A stretch of 64,000 nt of DNA from Candidatus Gottesmanbacteria bacterium (lineage in GTDB: Bacteria > Patescibacteriota > Microgenomatia > UBA10105 > UBA927). Within the stretch, counting starts at the first letter, position 1. The number at the start of each line of letters is the position of its first letter. The notes under the pieces are model-generated. The model saw only the letters and a program-made list of their open reading frames with translations. It was not told the origin of the DNA and did not search any database. Below, piece after piece: positions 50,179-60,745 of this stretch. Location: positions 37,172-101,171 of the forward strand of contig CAWEKC010000004.1 of the NCBI GenBank assembly GCA_963809665.1, read 5' to 3'. The position numbers and the translations under genes were made by a program.

Positions 50179-51360
50179 ATGAGAGATGAGCGGCCGCTGG
50201 CGGACCTACTTCGTCCCACAAGGCTCGACGATGTCATCGGGCAGGAACACCTCGTGGGAAAAACCGGTATCATCCGCAAACTCCTTGAAACCGGATACCT
50301 GCCTTCCATGATTTTTTGGGGTCCTCCGGGTTGCGGCAAAACAACACTTGCGCAGCTTTTGGCAACGTTAACGAACAGTTTCTTCGAATCCCATTCCGCA
50401 GTCACATCAACCCTGGCCGATGTACGGCGCGTCATTAAAGAATCTATCCAGCGGAGAGAAGCTACCGGCGTACGGACCATTTTGTTTTTGGATGAAATTC
50501 ACCGGTTTAACAAGGCTCAGCAGGATGCATTACTTCCGGCCGTCGAACACGGAACGGTCATTTTTATCGGCGCTACCACTGAAAATCCGTCATTTGAAGT
50601 TATCTCGCCGCTTTTGTCCCGCTGCCGCGTCCTTGTTTTAAAACCACTGACGGATAATGAACTTACGCTCATTGCGGACCGTGGACTGACATACCTGAAA
50701 AAAACCATTACTAAAGAAGGCAGGGAATTTTTACTGGAAGTTGCCAATGCCGACGCGCGGGCACTGCTCACCGTTTTGGAAATCGCCGCGAGCCTTTCCA
50801 AAAAGAAGGAACTCTCCGCTGCCGACATAGAGGAATCCGCCCAGCGAAAAATGCTTCAGTACGACCAGGTCGGCGATGAACACTACAATACGATTTCCGC
50901 TTTCATTAAAAGTATGCGTGCCAGCGATACCGACGCGGCATTGTATTATCTTGCGCGTATGGTGGCGGCGGGTGAAGATCCCTTGTTTATCGCGCGCAGA
51001 ATGGTGGTGTTTGCGTCGGAAGATATCGGGGTTGCCCAGCCCACTGCTCTGGTTGTTGCCAATACGGTATTTGATGCATGCAATAAAATCGGGTATCCGG
51101 AATGCCAGGAAAATCTGGCCCACGGCGTCGTGTATTTATGTTTGGCCAAAAAAGACCGGAGCGCGTATAACGCATATATGGCGGCACTTGAAGATGTCAA
51201 CAGATACGGTAATTTGCCGATCCCGCTGGTGATCCGCAACGCCCCGACAAAACTTATGAAGGGATTGGGGTACGGGAAAGGGTATGATAAATACACCAAA
51301 GAAAGTTTGCTGCCGGCTACATTAAAAGGAAAACGGTATTTTAGGAAAGGCGGTGAATAA
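50179..51360 (+). CDS. rarA: Replication-associated recombination protein A
   Basis: PLADLLRP, GPPGCGKTT, DEIHRFNKAQQD, ISAFIKSMR, ASEDIG. Confidence 0.95.
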   Translation: MRDERPLADLLRPTRLDDVIGQEHLVGKTGIIRKLLETGYLPSMIFWGPPGCGKTTLAQLLATLTNSFFESHSAVTSTLADVRRVIKESIQRREATGVRTILFLDEIHRFNKAQQDALLPAVEHGTVIFIGATTENPSFEVISPLLSRCRVLVLKPLTDNELTLIADRGLTYLKKTITKEGREFLLEVANADARALLTVLEIAASLSKKKELSAADIEESAQRKMLQYDQVGDEHYNTISAFIKSMRASDTDAALYYLARMVAAGEDPLFIARRMVVFASEDIGVAQPTALVVANTVFDACNKIGYPECQENLAHGVVYLCLAKKDRSAYNAYMAALEDVNRYGNLPIPLVIRNAPTKLMKGLGYGKGYDKYTKESLLPATLKGKRYFRKGGE

Positions 51361-51362
51361 CA

Positions 51363-51620
51363 ATGGACATTCAGATTGCCAAAATCACGCATTACTACGA
51401 TAAAATCGGGGTCGCGGTTATTGAGGTCATCAAGCAGCCGTTAAAAGTCGGTGACGTCATAAAAATTTCCGGTCATGATAATGAGTTCAATCAAACGGTC
51501 TCATCTCTTCAGGTTGAACACGCGCAGGTTAAGGAAATCACCGCCGGAGAATCGGGGGCGCTCAAAACGGATAAACCGGTGAAGGAAGGTGACGTGATAT
51601 ACTTAGTGACGAAAAAATGA
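51363..51620 (+). CDS. Small translation-factor-like beta-barrel protein
   Basis: ITHYYDKIGVAV..LKVGD.I..Q.V.SLQ. Confidence 0.75.
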   Translation: MDIQIAKITHYYDKIGVAVIEVIKQPLKVGDVIKISGHDNEFNQTVSSLQVEHAQVKEITAGESGALKTDKPVKEGDVIYLVTKK

Positions 51621-52048
51621 AAACGGAAATGTCCGCCGGCGGCATTGTTGTCCGGAAACGTCAGGAGGCGTGGCAGGTAGTAGTGGTGCAGGACATGAAT
51701 GATGCGTGGACGTTTCCTAAAGGAAAAATCTATGCGGGAGAGGAACCCGAGCAGGCCGCCAGGAGGGAAATTCTTGAAGAGGTAGGGCTTCGTGACATCC
51801 GCATGCACACGACGCTGCCTGTTATCCAGTATATATACCAAAAAAACGGGCGTATCAGCAAAACCGTTCAGTACTATATTTTTGAATCAAGCGGGGATGA
51901 ACCGCTCGTCAGCCAAACGGAAGAAGGCATCCATAACGCAACATGGATGCAACTGGAAAAAGCTATTAAAATCATCGGCTATCCGAAAACGAATCTGTCT
52001 TTATTACTCAAAGTAAAACAATGGACATTACACCGGCACCGGACATAA
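51617..52048 (+). CDS. NUDIX hydrolase
   Basis: WTFPKG...E...AARREILEEVG. Confidence 0.92.
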   Translation: MKTEMSAGGIVVRKRQEAWQVVVVQDMNDAWTFPKGKIYAGEEPEQAARREILEEVGLRDIRMHTTLPVIQYIYQKNGRISKTVQYYIFESSGDEPLVSQTEEGIHNATWMQLEKAIKIIGYPKTNLSLLLKVKQWTLHRHRT

Positions 52049-52401
52049 AAAAAATCGTCAACACAGTTGTTCCGAAGTTACCGTTTTCCGCGTATGTGAA
52101 CCCAAAACGGATTGTCTGCATGCGGAGTTTCCATGCAACGAGCCGTGCGAGGGCCCGGATATGGAGCTTCCCGAAAATTTGGCAGATGGCGCTTAAACTC
52201 CCGCCGTATTACGTGATAGAAGTGTTATCCCACCATTTTGACCACCTCTCAGACGACGATAAAACGCGGGTTATCATCCATGAGCTCATGCACATCCCGA
52301 AAAATTTCTCCGGCGCTCTCGTTCCCCACAGGGGACTGCACAAACGCATCAATACCGGGACGGTTGAGACGCTATTCCGCCTCTATAAGGAAAATATATG
52401 A
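52021..52401 (+). CDS. Putative metallopeptidase
   Basis: ARARIW...YVIEV...IHELMHIP. Confidence 0.75.
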   Translation: MDITPAPDIKKIVNTVVPKLPFSAYVNPKRIVCMRSFHATSRARARIWSFPKIWQMALKLPPYYVIEVLSHHFDHLSDDDKTRVIIHELMHIPKNFSGALVPHRGLHKRINTGTVETLFRLYKENI

Positions 52402-53078
52402 TTACGCTTCTCCACGGCAGCTATAGCGAATTATCCCGTAAGGAATTCATGCGTCTAAAGGGTGAGGCAAAGGCCAAAGACATACGCGAGTTGGACGGCC
52501 GCACTATTGACGCTGCCGCTTTGACGCAGGCTATCGAGTCTAACTCGATGTTCGGCGGCGACACGATCGTATTCATCGAAAAACTTTTCGGTAAGCTCGG
52601 AAGGAAGCAAAAACTTATCGAGTCGCTAACCGCGATCATCAATGGAAGCCGCGCCGACATCGTTCTGTGGGAAGACAAGGAGATGGGTGTCACGGTGCTG
52701 AAAAATTTACCTCAAGCAAAAATTATATTGTTCAAAATCCCCTCCGTCATTTTCCAAATGTTAGACGGAATGGCCCCCGGGTCGGGCACCCGTATCCTGC
52801 CTCTTTACCGGACCATCCGTGAAACGGACGCTGCGGAACTTATTTTTGCCATGATCGTACGGAGAACGAGGCAATTGATACAACTATATGACGGTGTCAC
52901 GCCATCGGGTCTCGCGGGATGGCAACTAACCCGTTTGACAAGGCAGGCAAAGTTGTTTACGCTTGATACACTCCTGACTATGTATAAAACACTTCTAACA
53001 ATGGAGTTTTCCGTTAAAAACGGCTCGTCACCATTCACTATCAGCCAAGATATAGAACAATTTTTGCTGAACCTGTAA
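52398..53078 (+). CDS. holA: DNA polymerase III delta subunit, short form
   Basis: ITLLHG, SMFGG, IFQMLD, C-terminal E.SVKNG. Confidence 0.65.
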   Translation: MITLLHGSYSELSRKEFMRLKGEAKAKDIRELDGRTIDAAALTQAIESNSMFGGDTIVFIEKLFGKLGRKQKLIESLTAIINGSRADIVLWEDKEMGVTVLKNLPQAKIILFKIPSVIFQMLDGMAPGSGTRILPLYRTIRETDAAELIFAMIVRRTRQLIQLYDGVTPSGLAGWQLTRLTRQAKLFTLDTLLTMYKTLLTMEFSVKNGSSPFTISQDIEQFLLNL

Positions 53079-53083
53079 AACGT

Positions 53084-54439
53084 ATGGATCTTTCCATTTT
53101 TAAGGACTACGACATCCGCGGCACGTATCCTGCGCAAATTAACGGTGATATAGCCTCATCAGTCGCGTATGCGATCGTACGGAAATTCTCCCCGAAATCG
53201 GTGTGCATCTGCCGCGATATGCGGCTCTCGGGAGACGAAATATTTTCCGGACTTTCACGGGTATTTACCGACGCTGGAATTGACGTGTTCGATGCAGGAC
53301 TTACCGGTACCGAAGTTGCATATTACATTGCGGGGACAAAACCATACGACATGGTCATTATGATTTCTGCATCCCACAACCCGCCGGAATATAACGGGTT
53401 TAAGGTGGTTCTCCGGGGACCGGTCGCCGTGACTAGCGACACGGGATTATACGAGGTGCGGGATCTGATCGCACAGGGACCGCTTCCGGCAGCTCCCACA
53501 AAAGGAAGCGTTCTACAGATTGATATCTGGAAAGAATGGAAAGAAAAAATTCTCTCATTGATTAACCTCCCGGCACTGAAACCTCTCAACGTTGTTGTTG
53601 ATGCCGGAAACGGTATGGCCGGCAAAATGGTGCCGATGATTTTTGACGGACTTCCGATGAAAATAACCCCGCTGTTTTTTGATCTAGACGGACGGTTTCC
53701 CAACCATACTCCCAATCCGCTGGTTGACAGTAATAATCAAAAGCTTATTGAAAAAATCCTGGAAATACACGCGGATATCGGGCTGACGTTTGATGGGGAC
53801 GCAGACCGGCTGTTTCTCGTCGACGACCGCGGTAGGATAGTCTCGGGAACGATCACAACCGCATTATTATCAAAATATATTCTTGCCAGTCACCCGGGTG
53901 AACTTATTTTGTATAACGCGATCTGCGGCAGGATTGTACCGAAAATAATTCAGGAGTGCGGCGGGAAATCAAAACGGGTCAGGGTCGGGCACAGTTATAT
54001 CAAACAGTATATGAAAGAAACCGGCGCGATTTTTGCCGGTGAACACTCGGGGCATTATTATCTACGCGATTATTTCCGTGCAGAGTCGGGGCAGGCCGTC
54101 GCGCTCATGGTGTTGGCACTCCTGGGCAGCCAGACAAAAAAATTATCCGAGCTTGTCGATGAATTGAATGTATATCCCGCCAGCGGAGAAATCAATTTTA
54201 TCGTATCCGATATACCCGCAGTGACTCAGTCAATCAAAACCGGATTCCCGGATGCGCAGTCGGTTGACGACCTGGACGGCGTCAGCGTATGGTACCCTCA
54301 GTATTGGTTCAACGTGCGGGCGAGTAAAACCGAACCGTTATTACGTCTGAATGTGGAGGCAGATACGCAGGAAATTCTTGACACAAAGACAAACGAATTG
54401 GTTACAAAAATTGAGTCATTAGGAGGGAAACGAAAATGA
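53084..54439 (+). CDS. Phosphomannomutase/phosphoglucomutase
   Basis: YDIRG, SASHNP, FDGDADR, GEHSGH. Confidence 0.95.
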   Translation: MDLSIFKDYDIRGTYPAQINGDIASSVAYAIVRKFSPKSVCICRDMRLSGDEIFSGLSRVFTDAGIDVFDAGLTGTEVAYYIAGTKPYDMVIMISASHNPPEYNGFKVVLRGPVAVTSDTGLYEVRDLIAQGPLPAAPTKGSVLQIDIWKEWKEKILSLINLPALKPLNVVVDAGNGMAGKMVPMIFDGLPMKITPLFFDLDGRFPNHTPNPLVDSNNQKLIEKILEIHADIGLTFDGDADRLFLVDDRGRIVSGTITTALLSKYILASHPGELILYNAICGRIVPKIIQECGGKSKRVRVGHSYIKQYMKETGAIFAGEHSGHYYLRDYFRAESGQAVALMVLALLGSQTKKLSELVDELNVYPASGEINFIVSDIPAVTQSIKTGFPDAQSVDDLDGVSVWYPQYWFNVRASKTEPLLRLNVEADTQEILDTKTNELVTKIESLGGKRK

Positions 54440-55482
54440 ATAATCTAGATGACGTTGCAGCGATGAAAAATGCGGATCCCGCAAACGTACTCGGCTCGAC
54501 GGCGCTGTTTCCGGAACAGTGTGCAGCGGCGTGGGAAGAAAGCCGCACGATTGTATTTCCCGATGAATATAAGAAGGTTAAAAATATCGTCGTGTGCGGT
54601 ATGGGAGGTTCCCGGTTTACACCGAAAACGATCGGCGCGTTATTCCGGAAATCTATTACTGTACCGTATGAAATTTGCGAGGATTATTCCGTGCCCGGTT
54701 ATGTTAACTCGGAATCTCTTGTCATACTATCGTCATATTCCGGAACAACAGAGGAAGTGCTTGCCGCGGGAGAAGATGCAAAAAAGAAAGGCGCAAAAAT
54801 TGCAGCAATCATGAGTAAAAAAATGGACGTTCCCGGGTATTACTTTGATCCGAAATTCAATCCATGCGGCCAGCCCAGAATCGGCGGCGGGTATCTGTTA
54901 TTAGGCCACCTCGGACTACTTACAGCGCTTGGATTTGTTTCAGTAAAGGATGATGTAGCTGCCGCTATTGCGTTTGCAAAGGAAACGGGGAAAAAATATG
55001 CACCGGAAATTCCAGAAAAAGACAATCCGGCCAAACAACTTGCCCGATTCCTGAAAGATAAACATCCGTTTATCATTACGGCAGAGTTCCTGAAGGGATT
55101 CGGCAACGGACTGGCCAACCAGATCAACGAAACCGCCAAGATGATCTCGGACTACAGGTACATTTCAGAACTCAACCATCATCTTCTGGAAGGACTGTCC
55201 CATCCGGATTCGATTCATCAAAACGGTGTATTTGTTTTCCTGCTTTCTCATTGCTACAGCGAGCCCATCCGGAAACGATTTGCCATAACCCGCGACGTTG
55301 TAGAAAAACAGCGAGTTGCGACGTACGACATAATCCTCTCCGGGCCGGATAAACTGTCTCAAACCCTGGAGGCGTTCACGCTTGGGGCGTTTACCACGTT
55401 TTATCTCGGTATGCTGTATGACTCCGACCCCGTCAAAATCCCGTGGGTCGACTACTTTAAATCCGAGCTTGCAAAGAAATAG
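54436..55482 (+). CDS. Bifunctional phosphoglucose/phosphomannose isomerase (SIS family)
   Basis: CGMGGS, SSYSGTTEE, QPR, QINETAK, ELNHH. Confidence 0.9.
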   Translation: MNNLDDVAAMKNADPANVLGSTALFPEQCAAAWEESRTIVFPDEYKKVKNIVVCGMGGSRFTPKTIGALFRKSITVPYEICEDYSVPGYVNSESLVILSSYSGTTEEVLAAGEDAKKKGAKIAAIMSKKMDVPGYYFDPKFNPCGQPRIGGGYLLLGHLGLLTALGFVSVKDDVAAAIAFAKETGKKYAPEIPEKDNPAKQLARFLKDKHPFIITAEFLKGFGNGLANQINETAKMISDYRYISELNHHLLEGLSHPDSIHQNGVFVFLLSHCYSEPIRKRFAITRDVVEKQRVATYDIILSGPDKLSQTLEAFTLGAFTTFYLGMLYDSDPVKIPWVDYFKSELAKK

Positions 55483-55520
55483 GTCTTGCGCGCCGGAAGA
55501 AAATTCCCCATACTAGATCT

Positions 55521-57785
55521 ATGACCAAAAAATATGTGGTTTGGTTTCGCGATGTCGGAAAAGAGGATGTTGCCATTGTCGGAGGAAAGGGCGCCAATCT
55601 GGGGGAAATGACACAGGCGGGATTTCCCGTACCACCCGGATTTATCGTCACCGTGCATGCATATACGGAGTTTATTGACCGGTCAAATCTGAAAGAAAAA
55701 ATATCCGCACTGCTGACTACCGTTAATGTCAACAATTCAAAAAATCTTGACACGGTTGCAAAAAAAATCCAGGCATTGATTACACAGGCAGAATTTCCCC
55801 GGGACATTGCCCTGGACATCATCCGCGCATATTTCCGTTTGGGCGCAGGTATAATCAAACACCCCGTCGTGGCCGTACGATCATCTGCTACAGCCGAGGA
55901 TCTGCCCGGCGCATCATTTGCAGGACAACAGGCAACGTTTTTGAACGTTCAGGGTGAAGCAAACCTTATCGAAAACGTAAAAAAAGCATGGGCATCACTG
56001 TTTACGGCGCGCGCCATATTCTACCGTGCTACGAATCATTATGACCATTTTAAAATCGGTATCGCCATACCCGTACAGAAAATGGTTGAATCGGAAAAAT
56101 CAGGCATTATGTTTACGATCGATCCGGTAACGAACGACAAGTCCAAAATTGTTATTGAGGCAATTTACGGACTCGGCGAGATGATTGTTCAGGGAGCGGT
56201 AACGCCTGATCATTACGAGGTTGATAAAAAAACCGGTACTATAATTAAAAAAGAGGTTCATATTCAGGAAAAACAAATGCGAAGGCACGGAATTGATAAT
56301 GAAAATATTTTACTGGACAAGAAAGAAGGCGGTAAACAAAAACTAAGCGATATAGAAATCGTAACGCTGGCCAAAATCGGACAGAAACTGGAGAAACACT
56401 ACTATTTTCCGCAGGATGCCGAATGGGCGATTGAAAAAGGCGTCACATACATTGTCCAGACGCGGCCGGTAACGACGACCGGAAAAAAAGAGCAAAAAAC
56501 ATTCAGCCAAAATTCCCGGGCGGTCCTCATCGCAAAAGGGGATGCGGCAAGCCCCGGTATTGGGAGCGGACCGGTCAGGATACTCGGAAGCGCGAAGGAA
56601 ATCGGAAACATACGGACCGGAGATGTCCTGGTTGCCCAACAAACCAATCCCGATTTTGTCCCTGCGATGCGTAAAGCCGTCGCTATAGTAACTGAACGGG
56701 GTGGGAGGACGTCACATGCGGCAATCGTATCCCGTGAACTGGGAATACCCGCGGTGGTCGGCGCCAAAAATGTACGGAGCTTACTACGCGACGGGCTTGT
56801 CATTACGGTCAACGGCTCTACCGGTGAAGTATTTAAAGGCGCGGTGCATATAGCACAAACAAAGACTACACGATCAGGCGACCCGGTCCGTACTGCGACC
56901 AAAGTCTATGTAAATTTAGCAGAGCCGAGCCGGGCTGGGGCAGTTTCAGTAATGAACGCGGACGGTGTAGGTTTACTGCGGGCTGAATTTATGATTGCGG
57001 ACATCGGTACGCACCCGAAAAAACTGATCGAAGATAAAAAACAAAAACTTTTTGTCGATACGCTCGCAACAGAGCTTGAAGTATTCTGCAAATCATTTGC
57101 GCCGCGTCCGGTTGTGTACCGTACAACCGATTTTAAGACGAACGAGTACCGCGCCCTGAAAGGCGGTGCCGCATTTGAGCCGGAAGAACCTAATCCGATG
57201 CTGGGTTTCAGGGGGGCCGCACGGTATATTGTTGACCCGCGCGTATTTGAACTTGAACTTGAGGCCATAAAAACCGTCCGGAATAAAATGGGATATAAAA
57301 ATCTCCACATGATGATCCCGTTTGTCCGTACGCCTAAGGAGCTCGCTGACGTCAAAAAAATCATATCGGCCAATGACCTGACCCGGTCCGGTTCATTTAA
57401 ACTGTGGCTTATGGTGGAAATTCCGACAAACGTTATCCGCATTGATGACTTTTTAGATGCCGGCATCGACGGTGTTTCCATAGGGTCAAATGACCTCACC
57501 ATGTTAATGCTGGGCACGGACCGCGACAACAGCGATGTCGCCCATGATTTTTCGGAACTGGATCCGACACTCCTGTGGGCATTCGAACATGTCATCACGG
57601 CATGCAACAAACGCGGAATCACAAGCTCCATGTGCGGACAGGCGCCGTCAGATTATCCCGAACTGGTAGAGAAACTTGTTTCCTGGGGTATAACGAGCGT
57701 ATCCGTCAATCCGGACGCCCTGGATAACGTCCGTGAAACTATAGCGGCGGCAGAAAGGAGACTGGTCCATGTACATGGACGCTAA
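55521..57785 (+). CDS. ppsA: Phosphoenolpyruvate synthase
   Basis: GGKGANLGEM, VAVRSSATAED, GGRTSHAAIVSRE, SIGSNDLT. Confidence 0.96.
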   Translation: MTKKYVVWFRDVGKEDVAIVGGKGANLGEMTQAGFPVPPGFIVTVHAYTEFIDRSNLKEKISALLTTVNVNNSKNLDTVAKKIQALITQAEFPRDIALDIIRAYFRLGAGIIKHPVVAVRSSATAEDLPGASFAGQQATFLNVQGEANLIENVKKAWASLFTARAIFYRATNHYDHFKIGIAIPVQKMVESEKSGIMFTIDPVTNDKSKIVIEAIYGLGEMIVQGAVTPDHYEVDKKTGTIIKKEVHIQEKQMRRHGIDNENILLDKKEGGKQKLSDIEIVTLAKIGQKLEKHYYFPQDAEWAIEKGVTYIVQTRPVTTTGKKEQKTFSQNSRAVLIAKGDAASPGIGSGPVRILGSAKEIGNIRTGDVLVAQQTNPDFVPAMRKAVAIVTERGGRTSHAAIVSRELGIPAVVGAKNVRSLLRDGLVITVNGSTGEVFKGAVHIAQTKTTRSGDPVRTATKVYVNLAEPSRAGAVSVMNADGVGLLRAEFMIADIGTHPKKLIEDKKQKLFVDTLATELEVFCKSFAPRPVVYRTTDFKTNEYRALKGGAAFEPEEPNPMLGFRGAARYIVDPRVFELELEAIKTVRNKMGYKNLHMMIPFVRTPKELADVKKIISANDLTRSGSFKLWLMVEIPTNVIRIDDFLDAGIDGVSIGSNDLTMLMLGTDRDNSDVAHDFSELDPTLLWAFEHVITACNKRGITSSMCGQAPSDYPELVEKLVSWGITSVSVNPDALDNVRETIAAAERRLVHVHGR

Positions 57786-59046
57786 AATTTATTCAATAAC
57801 CGCAAAGGAAATACTTGACTCCCGCGGAGATCCGACGGTAGAAACGACGGTTGTCCTCACGAGCGGGTACCGGGGCACCGTATCGGTACCGTCCGGAACA
57901 TCCATAGGTAAATACGAGGCCGTGGAACTGCGCGACGGAGACGAAAAACGCTTCGGCGGTATGGGTGTTCTCAACGCCGTTGGGAATGTGAACACCGCGA
58001 TGAATCAAAAACTGCACGGCATGGATGCCGCTAATCAGGGCCTCATTGATAAAACGATGGTAGATCTTGACGGTACGCCGAATAAAAGCAAACTCGGGGC
58101 CAACGCAATGTTGAGCGTTTCGCTTGCAGCGGCACTGGCCACCGCCAACCACGAGCGGATGCCGCTGTACCGGTATTTAAACACACTCGCCAACAACGGG
58201 AAGGCCGTTCCCATGACCCGGATTCCCACTCCGATATTTAATATTATAAACGGGGGAAAACACGGGGCGGGAAACCTGGATTTTCAGGAGTTTCACCTTA
58301 TTCCGGCAAGTAACAAGCTGTATCATCAGGCACTGCAGATCGGGGCGGAGGTGTATCAGGCGGTCGAAAAGATACTCGTGTACCGGAATGCCGTGCATTC
58401 CGTCGGATATGAAGGAGGTTTTGCACCGAATTTATTCACGAATATCGATGCGATGGAAATACTTCTTGAGGCGGTACGCAATACCCCCTATCGGTTCGGC
58501 GTGGAAGCATTTTTCGGGCTGGACGTTGCCGCCTCCCATTTTAAATCAACACGCGGGTATCAGATCAAAGACCGGTCAACGACATTCCAGACCGATGATT
58601 TTATCGAATATTTCAAAAAACTCCACGAAAAATACCGGTTGTTATTACTCGAAGACCCGCTGGGTGAAGACGATTGGGAAGGATGGGTGAAGATCACCCG
58701 GGAAATGGGAAATGACGTACTTATCGTCGGGGACGACCTGTTGGCAACAAACCCCGAACGTTTGAAGCGCGCAATCAGTGAAAAGGCGTGTTCCGCAATA
58801 TTAGCAAAGCCTAACCAAATCGGTACATTATCAGAATTCCTCGCCGTTATCGTAGAAGCAAAAAAGCATGATATAAAAACGGTGGTTTCCCATAGAAGCG
58901 GGGAGACGAATGACTCATTTGTAGCGGATCTTGCGGTCGCCGTGCAATCAGATTATGTAAAATTCGGCGCTCCCGCACGCGGAGAACGCGTAGCGAAATA
59001 CAACCGGTTACTTCAGATTGAAACCGAATTATTCGGTACGAAGTAG
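57769..59046 (+). CDS. eno: Enolase (start 57769 or 57775)
   Basis: ILDSRG.PTVE, NGGKH, QEF, KPNQIG, SHRSGET, ERVAKYN. Confidence 0.97.
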   Translation: MYMDAKIYSITAKEILDSRGDPTVETTVVLTSGYRGTVSVPSGTSIGKYEAVELRDGDEKRFGGMGVLNAVGNVNTAMNQKLHGMDAANQGLIDKTMVDLDGTPNKSKLGANAMLSVSLAAALATANHERMPLYRYLNTLANNGKAVPMTRIPTPIFNIINGGKHGAGNLDFQEFHLIPASNKLYHQALQIGAEVYQAVEKILVYRNAVHSVGYEGGFAPNLFTNIDAMEILLEAVRNTPYRFGVEAFFGLDVAASHFKSTRGYQIKDRSTTFQTDDFIEYFKKLHEKYRLLLLEDPLGEDDWEGWVKITREMGNDVLIVGDDLLATNPERLKRAISEKACSAILAKPNQIGTLSEFLAVIVEAKKHDIKTVVSHRSGETNDSFVADLAVAVQSDYVKFGAPARGERVAKYNRLLQIETELFGTK

Positions 59047-59060
59047 CCGATTATCCAAGT

Positions 59061-60698
59061 ATGATAAAACCAATCGCACTTATTATCCTGGACGGGTGGG
59101 GTATCGCGCCTCCCGGCCCCGGCAACGCAATATCGCTTTCCCACCTCACGAGCATTCCCCATTATTGGAACACATATCCGCACACTGAACTCGCTGCCTC
59201 CGGTACGTCCGTGGGTTTACCCCACGGGGAGGACGGAAATACAGAGACCGGACATATTAATATAGGAGCCGGACGTGTGGTCTATCAGGACTTGCCGCGT
59301 ATAAATATGTCGGTAAGCGACGGATCTTTTTTCCAAAACAGCGCATTTTTAGGTGCAATCCGGTATGCGGTACTACATCATTCCAATATTCACCTCATGG
59401 GTCTTTTAAGCGATTCGGGTGTACATGCCAACCGTGAACATCTCTATTCACTCCTGACGCTCATCAAGGTGCAGGCAGCACAGTTGCCGGTATATCTGCA
59501 TCTGTTTACCGACGGCAGAGATTCCTCCCCGTCCGCGGGCAGACGCTTCATCACGGAAGTTGAAGTAAAATGCCAGTCGCTGGGGATAGGAAAAATCGCG
59601 ACAGTCATGGGCAGATACTTCGGCATGGACCGCGACAACCGGTGGGAGCGGACTGAAAAAGCGTATAAGGCGCTGACCGAACCTATTGAACTGCGCGCCC
59701 CGTCTGCCATTGCTGCAATAGAAGCAGCATATAAATCGGGCAAAACCGACGAGTTTGTCGAACCGACAGCCATTACGGATGCAAACGGCAATATTCTGCC
59801 CAGAATCGGGAACCACGACGCCGTGATATTTTACAATTACCGGATTGACCGTCCCCGGCAGCTCACCCGCGCCTTTGTGTTGCCCGATTTTGAAGAACGG
59901 GGTCTCGTCACATCATTTGATCCCTACGCGGTAAAATATTTTCATAAGCACATAGTTGAAGCCGACACCCGTGCACGCCCGTTTAAGCGTGCGGTAGTGC
60001 TTCCGAATATATTCTTTGTTACAATGACGGAATACGAACGTGACCTGCCCTGTACCGTCGCGTTCCCGCCGCAGCCGATTTTTGAAACGCTCGGATCCGT
60101 ATTTTCCGAGTTAAATTTACGGCAGCTTCACGCGGCGGAAACTGAAAAAGAACGGTTCGTTACCTATTATTTCAACGGTCTTAAAGAAGCGGCATTCCCC
60201 GGAGAAGACAGGCTGATCGTACCCTCGCCGAAAGTTGCCCTGTATGACCTGAAACCCGAAATGTCTGCCGTAGAACTCACTGACAAGCTCTTAGAACGCA
60301 TCGCTCTGGATATTTATTCTTTTATCGTCGTAAATTTTGCCAACCCGGATATGGTTGCCCATACAGGAAATATTCCGGCCGCAATCCGCGCATGCGAGGT
60401 GGCGGACGCATGTATAAAAAAACTTGCTTCATCGGTTTTATCCATCGGGGGCACTTGCGTCATAACAGCGGACCATGGTAACGTAGAAGAGATGCTTGGT
60501 CCCAACGGAGAGATGGACACCGAGCATTCGACATATCCGGTACCGTTTATCATGGCTGATCAAACACTGTCCAACTATCCCCATAGCCTTCCCAAAGGCA
60601 AACTAGCGGACATCGCGCCGACGATTCTCTCATTTCGTAAACTTGCCGTCCCATTACCCATGAACGGAAAAAATTTGCTGGCGGATTTGCCGATATAA
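59061..60698 (+). CDS. gpmI: 2,3-BPG-independent phosphoglycerate mutase
   Basis: LIILDGWG, GNTETGH, TDGRD, AETEK, NPDMVAHTG, TADHGN. Confidence 0.96.
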   Translation: MIKPIALIILDGWGIAPPGPGNAISLSHLTSIPHYWNTYPHTELAASGTSVGLPHGEDGNTETGHINIGAGRVVYQDLPRINMSVSDGSFFQNSAFLGAIRYAVLHHSNIHLMGLLSDSGVHANREHLYSLLTLIKVQAAQLPVYLHLFTDGRDSSPSAGRRFITEVEVKCQSLGIGKIATVMGRYFGMDRDNRWERTEKAYKALTEPIELRAPSAIAAIEAAYKSGKTDEFVEPTAITDANGNILPRIGNHDAVIFYNYRIDRPRQLTRAFVLPDFEERGLVTSFDPYAVKYFHKHIVEADTRARPFKRAVVLPNIFFVTMTEYERDLPCTVAFPPQPIFETLGSVFSELNLRQLHAAETEKERFVTYYFNGLKEAAFPGEDRLIVPSPKVALYDLKPEMSAVELTDKLLERIALDIYSFIVVNFANPDMVAHTGNIPAAIRACEVADACIKKLASSVLSIGGTCVITADHGNVEEMLGPNGEMDTEHSTYPVPFIMADQTLSNYPHSLPKGKLADIAPTILSFRKLAVPLPMNGKNLLADLPI

Positions 60699-60745
60699 AT
60701 ATGGATAGCGTATCTGTCGGATCCTATGCATCAGGAGGAGGCACT

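Noticed and set aside
55457-57631. Long antisense ORFs within ppsA (also in atpA, purH, pyrD)
   Set aside because: Mirror frames of well-supported genes with no recognisable motifs.
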